Shown here piece by piece: positions 1 through 10,805 of a stretch of 20,000 nt of DNA. Numbering within the stretch: position 1 is the stretch's first letter; the number at the start of each line of letters is the position of its first letter. The notes beneath the pieces are model-generated. The model was not told the origin of the DNA. It was given only the letters and a program-made list of their open reading frames with translations, and did no database searches. The position numbers and the translations under genes are program-made. Source of the stretch: Elsinoe ampelina (taxonomy: Eukaryota); NCBI GenBank assembly GCA_010093995.1, contig ML992506.1:545285-565284 (forward strand), given 5' to 3'.

Positions 1-525
1 TGTACACGCCCAAGCTCCCTTGCACCGCTTGTACATTCGCTCCAGAGCGGCGAAGCAGTCGCTGGCATTGATACGAGCCTTTTTGGTCTGGTTGAGCTCG
101 TCGGCGAAAACGTTGAGCATGAGCTCACTGTCGCTGTCGGTGTTGATATGCCTATGCGCGACATAGTCCAGATGGTCCTTGAGTTCCGGCGCGTTGATCA
201 GGTTGCCGTTGTGCGTGAAGACGATGCCATATGGACTGTTCACGTAGAACGGTTGTGCCTCAGCGTTGGCGCTGCTTCCTGCCGTCGGGTATCGCAGATG
301 TGCGCATCCCATGAAACCAGGAAGATCTGCCACTCGCATGCCCTCCTGGAAGACTTTCGAAGCCAGGCCATTGCCCTTGCACTGGTATATCCTTCCTCCT
401 TGTGCGCATGTCGCTATGCCAGCGGCATCCTGACCGCGATGTTGAAGGTAGTAGAGGGCCTGGTGAAGCTCGGCTGCCGCAGACTCGTCGGTCGCGGCTT
501 TGAGGACGGCGATAATGCCACACAT
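1..525 (-). CDS. ADE4: Amidophosphoribosyltransferase (glutamine PRPP amidotransferase), N-terminal 175 codons; runs off the left edge of the window
   Basis: Manual minus-strand translation from ATG 525: MCGIIAVL...[11 protein letters not shown]...HLRYPTAGS...[12 protein letters not shown]...HNGNL...NTDSDSE, the class II (Ntn) glutamine amidotransferase motifs of PurF/Ade4. Absent from the ORF track because there is no stop in the window. Confidence 0.96.
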   Translation of the reverse strand, partial: MCGIIAVLKAATDESAAAELHQALYYLQHRGQDAAGIATCAQGGRIYQCKGNGLASKVFQEGMRVADLPGFMGCAHLRYPTAGSSANAEAQPFYVNSPYGIVFTHNGNLINAPELKDHLDYVAHRHINTDSDSELMLNVFADELNQTKKARINASDCFAALERMYKRCKGAWACT

Positions 526-541
526 GGTGGATGTACGTGAT

Positions 542-718
542 CTGCAACCCCCGCGTTAGTCGAAGATCATGGAGGGGCCGTCGTGAGGACAGAGTGTTGG
601 AGAAATGGTCAGGGCGGATTGTGGTCGACAGAGGTGATTACGCAGTCTAACATCTTTTTTTCTTCGCAATTCATCACGAATGAGACTCAAAGAAGTGGAA
701 ACGCGCGACCAGACTTAC
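542..718 (-). other. Probable intron in the 5' UTR of ADE4
   Basis: Minus strand: donor G|GTAAGT at 718, branch GACTAAC near 554-560, acceptor TTGCAG ending at 542, 16 nt upstream of the ATG. Confidence 0.7.
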
Positions 719-1643
719 CTGGACTATCCGAATGTTGAAGTGAGGGGTCTATTCAAGGAGGGATGAAAGTGTGAGCGGGTGGATATTTAGTAGCGATCTT
801 CGTCGTATCGTGAGGCTTGCATGACTTGTTGCGTAATGCGGTGAGGTGTTGAGAACCAGAGCGAGCCTGGTAGATAGTGTGATACATTGTTAAAAGTTCT
901 CTATCCTTTTACACGAAGATAAAATTTCCCCATGCCCGCGATTATTGCCGATAACGGTCTGTCCCGCCCTTCCATGCACCCACTTCCGCTCCCACGCGTT
1001 CCTGCCACGCGACGTGTTTCTTTGACCTCATCTCATTGAAACCACTTCCTCCGACATGTTCGCTGCCACGAATGCGTTGGAGAGTACTCATTCCGACTGC
1101 TCTACATGACTATCTTTCTCATTGGTGACCATGGTCAACATCTTGAACGCACCGGATACCAAGGCATCATCCACGCGCGTGCCCTGTCTGTGTAACACAG
1201 GACAGTGATATCATATCATATTATACAAGATATTCTCGACCGAGGTCAATGAGAACCATGTACTCGCACGACAGGTCAGCGCTCCACGTTAGACTCAGCC
1301 AGAGAGCACTTACGGACACGACTTTCGATATCTAACACACTTGATGGAAAGTGTTGCTTCGGTGAGGTCGCACAACGAGCATGTGCCTACACATGCATTA
1401 GCTCGATACAGCATTAGCGCTATGCAGCCGTTTGTAGTAAACTATTTCTGCTTCAAGAATTTCACTTCACCTTGACCTCTTTTCACACTCGCACGCTTTC
1501 ACTCTCTTACCTCGCAGAGGAGCATCTCTCATCATCCGCGGTACGATTCGCAATTACTGGCTGCCTCTCACCTAATCTGCGACGACCAACCACGTCAAAC
1601 TCATATCAATCGTTTTCGGTGTGAGGCCTCAGAAGTGTACAAT

Positions 1644-3577
1644 ATGCCTCCAGTACGACATCGCCGGCGCAGGAGCCCGGAAGCGCAACGTGAGTTCGGC
1701 CTACTACACCTGGTGATGTTCACTAACATCTCATAGGCATCAACGATGACGATGATCAAGACTCACCAGTCGTCATAGAAATCGCCGATGACAGTGATGT
1801 CGACATTGTCGAGGAGGAGAGAAACGTTCACAACTCTCGTGTAAACAGACATAGATCCATTCCATCTCTCACGACATCGCCTTCTCAGTCGCCATTCTGG
1901 ATCTCGATCGACCAGTACCCCGAATATCAGATACGCATTGGTACCGTCTTGAAGTTGCACAGACTTGGGGACTATGTCCAAATACAACAAATGTTCACAG
2001 ACTCCGCCCATGATGACAAACTCATCATCCGTGGACGACGCTTCAGAAAGATGTCGAGTATGCCTGGTGGCCTCGAGCGCGAGCCGAACGAAGTCACGAT
2101 GATGCAGGAGGTCTATACAGACTCCGCGACTGACGCAAAGGGCTTTGTCCTCGAGACCTTCGAGGCTGAGGACGTATTGCCTATCTCGAAACGGCTTGTG
2201 CGTCTGACGAATTATCTACGACCAGTCCAGGCGCAGCAAGGGCGACTGATTGAGCACATCCCGGAGATGCAACGAGTATCTCAAGCTCGTGATCACAGGT
2301 TCCTTATATGCCGCTCCAAGTATTGCGCAGTCTACAACGGCCCGAGTACCGCAAATCCTCGTAAGGTGGAAGAGATCTGGACGAACCTGACAGACAAGGA
2401 GGCCGACAGCAACCACAGCTTCGATGACATGCTCATCAGGCAGAAAGTGAAGGAGTTGCTACGAACCTCGGAGCGTGGAGACAGCCAGTACACTGCGTGC
2501 GACGGGTTCTGCGGTGCTGGATTTGCCTCTGCCGGTGCAGAGGCTGCGAGCCTCAAGGTTGTGTGGAGTTTCGACAATGATCCGAAAGCAATGCACTCAT
2601 ATCGAAGGAACCACCGCAACGTGAAGACCCTACTCATGGACTTCTTCAATGTCGTTCGCCAGTATGGAGATCGGATCAAGGTCGATGTCCTGATGCTATC
2701 GTTTCCGTGTCAGTACTTCTCGTATTGCCATACAGTGCCCGGCAGAAATGATGACGCCAACGAAGTCGCCATGCTGGGTCTCGGTGATATCCTCGCAAAA
2801 TTCAAACCGCGGCTGGTCGTCATCGAGCAGACTGGCGGTCTCGACCGGGTCAGATTCAGGCAGCACCTCATGGCGGTCATTGCTGGGTTTCGAAACAACG
2901 ACTACAGCGTACGCAAAGGAGTGACCAATTTTGCTGGTCTCGGCCAGTCCTCTAGACGCCGCAGACTAATGTTCTTTGGGGCAGCGTAAGCACCGGGACC
3001 TTTCTCCTTGGTATACCCTTAGTGGTACAGCTGACACATTGACAGAGCTGGCGAGCGCCTTCCACCCTTTCCAAAGCAGATCTACAACATTGACTTTGTC
3101 AATCCCCGACCTGACCTCTTCCCTGCTGTTTCCATCAAGGATGTGCTCGCCCGTGTTGTCGGCAATCATCCTGAGCACAGATTCGAGCGCGCCGATATCA
3201 GTCCTGCTGTTGCTCCAATCGATCCTCGCACCACGCAGCTCGGCACATTCACGTGCACCCGCAATCGCAGGTTCAGGCACAACATCCACTGGTTCGGGAA
3301 GCGATTCTGGACAATCCATGAGCTCCTGCTTCTACAAGGTGCGCCTGCACGCTATCGTCTCAAAGGCAACCTTACGACGAAGCTGAAGCAAATCGGCAAT
3401 GCGTTTCCATCAATCGCAGCCGAGCAATTCTACAGAGAGTGCGTTAAGAGTCTACAGGCTACAGACCGCGAGGATGCTATGCGTCTCCGTGGTCGTCGTG
3501 AAGAAACCGTGGCTAGCGTCCAGATACAGCCTCCTCCTGCGGGTTCATCCCCAGACCGACCGATCGCTATCCGTTAA
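1644..3577 (+). CDS. rid: RID/Masc1/DmtA-family C5 cytosine methyltransferase-like protein; exons 1644-1689, 1737-2985, 3046-3577
   Basis: Introns 1690-1736 (GTGAGT..CACTAAC..TAG) and 2986-3045 (GTAAGC..GCTGAC..CAG) join ORFs 1949..2989 and 3143..3577 in frame. Motif I DGFCGAG, motif IV SFPCQ, motif VI EQT (the RID/Masc1-type replacement of ENV), motif X QIGNAFP, short target-recognition region. Confidence 0.88.
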
Positions 3578-5600
3578 GGTAGCATTGTCGACCTCCAAAG
3601 ACGCCACGATCGGTCATCCGGGCACATCAAGACAGACTTGGGCGCTACATACAATGCATATGCTTGGACTTATGCTACACATGTATCTCTAGCAGCAACT
3701 ACTCGCCGATTAATCCGGACATATGCCGACCTTCTGTCATTCTATAATCTAGACAGTGACGCCCGCTAGAGACACATCTGTCACCTTGTACTCTACATAC
3801 TGGACCTGGAGTTTACCCGGCAATGACTTCGATGTCCTAGCTCTTCCACTTCTCCGCCTATACTCTCTGACCGGCCACACCTTGCTCCACTCGATCAGCG
3901 TTGACAAAGAATGACTACGAGGACGAGATGATCTGCTTGAGAAGGAGATATCATTGCGAATTATGGCTTCCACTTCTCATCTCATTCACTGTACAATATA
4001 GCACCATAGCTTCATGCACACCTAGCTAGCCACATGTACATCAACGACAGAAAATCAAGCATTCTCTCCTCCCGACAACTCGTCCTCTTTTCCCACACTG
4101 CACCTCGCTTGCTCCCTCCCCATATCCCCATCTCGTTCTCCATTCAATCCTCTCACCCAATCCACCCCTTTCCCAGACCCTCCAAACCCCCACCGATACC
4201 TGCCCTTCCCATCTCACCATCCAGCACTGCACAGAACATTCTGTCCACTGAATAGCAGCGCAAAGCACATCAACTCTACACCAAGCATACCAACAGATAG
4301 GCATCAAAGCGTTCATTGGCATGGATTATCTACAAAGTGTTGGACTACAAACCAGGATAGACAGCAAGAGCGCAAACTCTGTCGTAACAGAGGGAGAACA
4401 CAAAGAGCGAGGCAGTAGCACAGCAAGACCACTCGATCCAGAAACGGCTACCACACGAATGCTTCACAGACTGCTCCCGAACAGCAAACACCCCAAAAAG
4501 CTCCCGCAAAGAAACCCATCAACTGCCGGCATGTAAAGACCGCATTAGACATTAGCCACACCATCGAGGACCGAGCAGAAAGAACGCCAGACAGGTGCCC
4601 CAGGAAGGTATAGCAAGAAGAGGAAACCATGGTTGAGTCGTCGACTTTGCTGCAGTCGGACATCAAGTCCAAACCTTCGCGCTACTGCGGCCAGGATGAC
4701 GACCCCGACTTGCATGCGTGGAGTGGAGATTGAAAGCTCGGCGCTGCTCTCGTGGACGCTGTATGCTATATGTCCTCTGTTCGTGTCTGGGGCGGACGAC
4801 ATGCAATCGGCCTGATAGGTAAAACTACCAGAAGGGCGCCTGCTCAGCTGTGTAGGTCGGATCCTCTCTGCCATAGCCTGCCCAGATACTACCAGGAATT
4901 CGTCCCGCTCGATAGTGGCCGGAGTGTCCAGATCTGGGCGAAGAACACACTGGTACTTTCCCTCGTATATCAGACAGTCGGTGGAGACACTCGCGGTACG
5001 AGTGAAAGGTGCCACGAAGGGATTGCACGACGGTCATATTGCAGCCGAGGAGACAGCGGACCGATGCCACGATGAGCTGTGACCGGCTCATAGCTCGCAG
5101 GTCTTGTACAGCACTTGCATGAATATAAGCGCACAATGAGACGCCCCCTCCACTTTCCCCCTGTCCTGTAAGACAGAGGGAGAAGGACACGTCAATCTAG
5201 TCACGCCAAATTTCTTCTCGGAACGTAGTAAAGAGGGCCCAAGCTGCTACTGGAGATAAAAGCGAGGCGGGCGTGACAAATTTGTTCCTGGTCAACACAA
5301 CAAGACGGCATCTGGTCACGTGGACACACCACACGAGCAACGTGGGTTTTTGAAAGAGTTTTTTTTATTCAACCCGGATTGCAATTGCAGAAAAGTAAAT
5401 TCGCATACCTTGATCCCCCTTTGTCCCTTGGTTTGTCCCTTTTGCCGTCCATGATTGTAACCTGCTACTCTTCGATGAGAGGTGCGAGGAGAAAGGAGAG
5501 GAGGGAACTATCTGTACAGAAGAAGGGGCGTGATTAGAGATGTGATGACGTGGTGGTGGGATGTCGACGTGGTTCTCATTATGATGTTGCCGAGTGGAAT

Positions 5601-7063
5601 TTATGCAATCATCCACCTGGGATATGTTAGTGGTGGGTTTGAAAAGACTGAAGGACAATACTGACCATGCACCGCCTACCAAACCGACAAGGATCAGAAA
5701 TGTGATGATACCAGCACCTGCACGGTCGCCGGTGGTGATGGGGCGGACTGGCTCGTCGGGGTCGCGGTCACCACCGGTACCGGCGAGAGGATTACCCGTT
5801 GAAGTACCACCGGTGGTGTTGGATAGAGGACCAGCGACGTAGTCGATGAGGGTAGATTGGATGGTCTCGAGAGCGCTCATCTGTTGACCGACACCGTAAA
5901 GACCGTCCCAACCGCCAGTGTCCCACCTGGTACCGCAAGTGATCTTGTCATCGCCGCCGACGCAGGACTGCGCGGCAGCGTTGGCGGAAGCGACAAGGTA
6001 GGGCATCATCTGGTCGCGGAGGAAGGGGGCGACCTTGAGAGAGGCGGCCATCCAGCGGGCAAGGTAGGCCTTGAACGATTGTTGATCGACGTTGCAGTTT
6101 CCATTGGGTTCGCAGGCCACTTCATACATGATCTGTCCGCTGGAGCCTGTGAAGAAGACCTTTGAGCCGTCCCAGATCTTCTGGACGCGGTCCTTCCATA
6201 CATCCGACTCAGTCTGGTTGAACATCATGGCTGCACCGTACATGAAGACACCAGCGTTGTAAGACCACTGAATACGGTTGAGTTCGGAGCAGTTCTTGGT
6301 GTCATCAGTACCGTCAAAGAATTGGTATTCCGGGCTGATGAGACCGATAGCTTGAGACCAGTCCCACGAGCGCTCAGCCCATTCGTTGTAGGTCTGGTTA
6401 CCAGTGTAAGCACCAAGGCGGGCGGCCAAGTTGAAGAAGCATCCGTTGGAAATGGTGTTCTTGTAGTTGTAACCGTTGTTGAAGGTGAAGATCTGCCACT
6501 TCAGACCACCACCGCATGACTCGGTGTTCCATCGAATAGCCTGTGAGTTGAATACAGCTTGTGCAAGGGCTAGCCATTGTGGCTGATCCGCGGGCGGGTT
6601 AGGGAAGTTGACTTCAGCGGCGGACATGGCAGCCAGACCCCAGAAGCCCTGGTCATCGTTTCCGAGCGACCTTGTCTGGTTGATAGGCATGTAATCGTTG
6701 GTGTCGCCGACCTGGAAGAGAAGACCTTGGCTGACGGTGGGGTTGAATGATGTATCTCCAGTATAGTAATAGTAGTCCACCAACGATCCAAACATGGCTC
6801 CTGCTTCCCACCAGTAGTATGGGTCTCCCAACAGACCAGGGATACCGCCAGTCTTGTTTCCTGGGTAGTACGTCAACATCTTGTTTGCAACTGTGTAGGC
6901 CGCGGCTTTGATGGAGGCTGAAAATCTGTCAGTATTGAGTCCAGAGCATTATGTAAATCGATTGCCAACCTTGATCATTTGTGTTCAGCTCGATGCCTGC
7001 GACAGACTGTGCTGCCAGCAGAGCGACTGACGCCTTTCCGGCGAGACTTGACGAGAACTTCAT
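5601..7063 (-). CDS. Glycoside hydrolase family 76 (DCW1/DFG5-like alpha-1,6-mannanase/transglycosylase), secreted and probably GPI/membrane anchored; exons 7063-6970, 6917-5666, 5616-5601
   Basis: Signal peptide MKFSSSLAGKASVALLAAQSVAG; motifs YYWWEAGAM, LGNDDQGFW, CGGGLKWQIF, YKNTISNG, WSYNAG, SFKAYLARW; hydrophobic C-terminus ending GGAWWMIA* after removing intron 5617-5665 (GTCAGT..CACTAAC..CAG); first intron 6918-6969. Confidence 0.93.
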
Positions 7064-7419
7064 GATGTGTTGTTGATTGTGTATCGCGTTTGTTCAACGG
7101 TCGGACGAAAAGACCGGAGATGGCGCTTCGAAGAGCTTTTGGGTATGACCAGATGAATGCGTGATTATCTTTTTACGAGATTACCAAGTATACCAGACTC
7201 GTAAACAAGATTGCGAAGCCCACTGCAGTAAGCCGGAAGTCGTGAGACTCAGGGTGCGACCGGGGGCGGAGAGGAGCGACCGTGAGGGTACAGAATGCAG
7301 CGCTGTCCCGGCGCAAACTTGAAGAAGAGTCTTCCCGTGACGACGTTGCTGGTGTCGGAAGAACGAGCGTGGATTGCGTGAAGGGTATGGGTGGAGGAGG
7401 TTGTGAAAGTGAACGGATC

Positions 7420-7470
7420 ATGCAAGATGCAAGATGCAAGATGGAAGCCCGGTTCAGGTTCAGGTTTAGG
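7420..7470. repeat. Short tandem repeats (ATGCAAG)x3-4 followed by (GGTTCA)x2-3, upstream of the GH76 gene
   Basis: Read directly: atgcaagatgcaagatgcaagatggaag and ggttcaggttcaggtttagg. Confidence 0.7.
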
Positions 7471-8052
7471 GGATCTCTGGGCTGAGGCCTGAGGGCTCCT
7501 AGTGTTGGTCCGTGTTCCCGCTCTCCCGTCGACTGAGGTGACGACGCGCCCACAGCCACACTGGTCGCTGAGAAAGGAAGAAGGAAGCATCATCCATGTA
7601 ATGCTCATCTTCTCGCTCGACCGTCCGTATTTCATTACTGTCGACGATGAAATAATTACACCTTCATGTTTGCCTCACTCGCGTCGACACATCTCTATAC
7701 CCTTGCGGCTCTGCAGTCTCACTCCTCTGCTGTATCGCAGAATATCAAGTCGCTCAAAACAGATTGCCATGTCGTGGTGACGTCTTTGCCCAGGTCGTCA
7801 AGGAATGCAGAATTCACGCCCAGCACCGTCTATCCCAGCCGTTTTACTTGACATTCATGATTCAATTCTCTTGGGGGACGCTAGCTTCAGCACGTACAAT
7901 ACGATACTGGAAGGCCTCAAGGTCGAGGACTGTCTGCGCATCTGGATCCAAAGCATCTAAAAATTCTGTAAGACATGCGGAACCAAATACGAGGACCAGC
8001 CACGTGACCTCTTTTGTGCATAGTCTCTGACGAGGTACATTTTCTTCGATTT

Positions 8053-9108
8053 CTAATCTGCCTTTGCTGGTCGATGTGCATTGATCTCTCTCAGTATGCT
8101 GTCTGCTCCTCCACGAGTGAGTTGTGCTGCGAGATCTCGTCCTAAGCGCTCGGCATCGTCGCTCGATTTGAGCTCTCGCTGGCCGCTTTCCTCGACAGCT
8201 TGCGAACCGTCCAGGCTCACAACAATGCCACGTAGCAGAAGGTTCTCATGCTTCTCGTCGAGCCAACGAGTTTCAACACCGATAGGTACACTGCATCCGC
8301 CTTCGAGCGCTCGCCTCAGCTCTCGCTCAGCCAGACATGCAAGCGTAGATCTGGTGTCGGCAAGTTTGTCGACGATATTTTTGATGGGCATGTCACCCTT
8401 GCGAATCTCCATTCCTAATGCGCCTTGGCCTACGGCGTGATAGATGCCTCCCTCCTCGGAGCTCATTCTCTGGTTGATGCGGTCCTGCAGACCTATCCTC
8501 TCAAGGCCGCATGCCGACATGATCATGCAGGTAAAGTCACTTGTCGGTTCGTCCACTTTGGCCAGACGAGTCTCGACGTTTCCTCGAAGATTCGCGAACT
8601 TGAGATGCGGGTACAGTCGCTTCAGCTGCGCTGACCGTCTCACTGACGAAGTACCGACCACGGCGTCATGCGGCAAGGTATCAAGACTGGTGTAAGGTAG
8701 TCCTGCCTTGACAATCAAAGCGTCCCGGCGGTCATCATACAGAGGAATGGTGGCTAGCTCGCAGGAGTCGGGCAGATTAGTGGGCATGTCTGCACGCCCA
8801 TTAGAGCTAGGCGACACGTACCACAATGGCAGTCATGTACCTTTCAGACAATGCACAACAATATCCAATTGTCCAGATGTCAACTTCTCCTCCAGTTCCG
8901 TGGTCCATAATGCCTTTGCTCCAAAGTTGTATAATTCCTTGGATTGGTCTTTGTCGCCAAGGGTACGCAAAGCTTCAATCTCAAATTGAAGGTCAGGCCA
9001 CAATTGGAGGAGGCTCTGCTTGACGCTCTCGGCCTGTACGAGAGCAAGATTTGACCTGCGTGTGCCAATGCGTATTGGATTACGCAGTGTATGACCCGCG
9101 CCTGTCAT
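8053..9108 (-). CDS. HEM3: Porphobilinogen deaminase (hydroxymethylbilane synthase); exons 9108-8841, 8789-8053
   Basis: IGTRRSNLALVQ, GDK...GAKALWTTELE, HCLK|DMPT joined across intron 8790-8840, VGTSSVRR, RGNVETRL, AVGQGAL, LEGGCSVPIG (cofactor-binding Cys). Confidence 0.95.
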
Positions 9109-9922
9109 CTTGAGCGTTGCCGTAAGGGTGCTCTGTCAAGCTTGAGAGTGATGAAAATGGGTACAGCTGACTGTGAGGCCAGTCAATTTAGTTGTATCAT
9201 CTCAGCTCAAGCTCAAAATTAGTGGAGAAGGTTTCGCAGCGGGACACCAGAAGTGACACGAAACAGAGCAAGCATTGTCTGCTGGTAGAGCCATATCTGG
9301 GAATCAAGAGGATCACAAATCTACTGCTTTGTGTAGTTACATGAATTATGTCGACGTTGCCTGGAGCATAACTTGATCGCGCCGTCCTTCTCAGTCGCCG
9401 CAGCTTGGCATCTCTCGTGAAGGTGTTGACTTGTAGAACGAGTTGTATGCAGCAGCAGTCGAACAGACAATATTGGTCACCATCGTAAACGTGCTGGACT
9501 GCAAGAGAAATCTGTGAGAGTATGGTAACACTGCTGCCTCAACGTGCCAAATCGAGCGAGACTTGCGGTTGGATTGCTTTGGATTAATTGTGTGTCGGCC
9601 GTTGCGTGTTGCATGGCCGCAGGGAAGCGCACGGACCTCTGCGCTTGAGGTGAGCAAGTCGAAGTCCAAGGATGTCCAAAGTCGGACCGTGGACCGGCTT
9701 CACTCGTTCCAGCATCACTTGCCCTCCTAGCCATCTCTACCACCCTTTGCGCAACACGTGTCACACCTTCTCGGCTTCTTCTGACGACTACAATCAGCTT
9801 CTCCATCTATTTGACGACTTTTCATCACCTCATCCGCAGCTGCTCGACCCTCTTGCCATAGACGACGATTCCGGATAGGCCGCAGCGTTTCCACCACTTT
9901 CTCACACTCACCACACATCACA

Positions 9923-10478
9923 ATGGCCGACAGAGACGCTCCATATGACCCGTACATCCCCAGCGGCCAGGGCGCCGGAGGATCGCAAGGTCCAAGGGAC
10001 AACAATCAGCGAACTGCTGCTCTCCAAGCTGTACGTCATTCCCTCACATCGGACTATGCGACAGCGGCTGTCATTTGGAAGAGGAGGAAGACCAAGACGT
10101 AGAGGGCAGAGAAACCACCTGCATGCTTCAAGCTGTGTGGTCCATCTCAAAACAATATGCTAACACGATACTTTCAGGAAATCGACTCCACCGTAAATGT
10201 CATGCGAAGCAACATCAACAAGGTCTCGGAACGTGGCGAGAACCTCAACTCACTTCAAGACAAGACCGACAACCTCGCCGTATCTGCTCAAGGTTTCCGT
10301 CGCGGTGCCAACAGGGTCCGCAAGCAAATGTGGTGGAAGGACATGAAGATGCGCATCTGCATCATTGTCGGCATCATTATCTTGCTGGTCATCATCATTG
10401 TGCCATCGGGTATGTTCCCGTCCTACCAGGAAGGCTTAATCACGCTAATGTGTCATAGTCATCGCCAGCAGGAAGTAA
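9923..10478 (+). CDS. SNC1: Synaptobrevin/VAMP v-SNARE (Snc1/Snc2/SynA-like); exons 9923-10030, 10178-10409, 10459-10478
   Basis: [13 protein letters not shown]...[40 protein letters not shown]...[20 protein letters not shown] plus a C-terminal TM helix; canonical introns 10031-10177 and 10410-10458. Confidence 0.95.
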
Positions 10479-10805
10479 GCGAATTCTAAAGGGTGCCAGA
10501 GGGAATGAAATGAGCAGCTGCCGGCTTCACTACTTGGTGGAGAGGCGAACACAAGACGCGAGCTGAAAGAGTACGATAGGACGATACGGATGAGTCGTGG
10601 GATGGCGCGCAATTGATTTGATCTGCTTTCCTCCTGGCTTTCTGAATGTCAAATACCACCACCCACGATACGATCAGGCGCAATTAGGAAATCGGAACTT
10701 TGTCATTTCTATCCATCCTGTGTCAAGTGGCCATGTGCAGGTGGCTCAATGCCAGTCATATGTACAATGCTATGGTCACCGCAACCACTTTAGCAGCCCA
10801 CTCAG

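Noticed and set aside
148..547. ORF-track entries 148..540 (+) and 260..547 (-)
   Set aside because: Antisense and off-frame shadows of ADE4, whose real frame starts at 525 on the minus strand.
3578..5600. Telomerase RNA, snRNA, RNase P/MRP or TPP riboswitch as the explanation for the long intergenic region
   Set aside because: I found no TAACCCTAA-type template or other hallmark motif on either strand by eye; an Infernal search is needed to exclude them fully.
5365..5600. His/Ser-rich C-terminal extension of the 504-aa GH76 ORF
   Set aside because: Read-through of intron 5617-5665; the spliced protein ends WWMIA* at 5601.
7451..7470. Telomere-like repeat GGTTCAGGTTCAGGTTTAGG
   Set aside because: Too short and degenerate; ordinary microsatellite-like sequence.
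8841..8855. HCLKD instead of HSLKD in HEM3
   Set aside because: Conservative Ser to Cys change; the catalytic Asp and cofactor Cys are intact.
9672..9878. 68-aa ORF upstream of the synaptobrevin gene as a uORF or gene
   Set aside because: No recognisable motif; it overlaps the CT-rich promoter/leader and its ATG probably lies upstream of the TSS.
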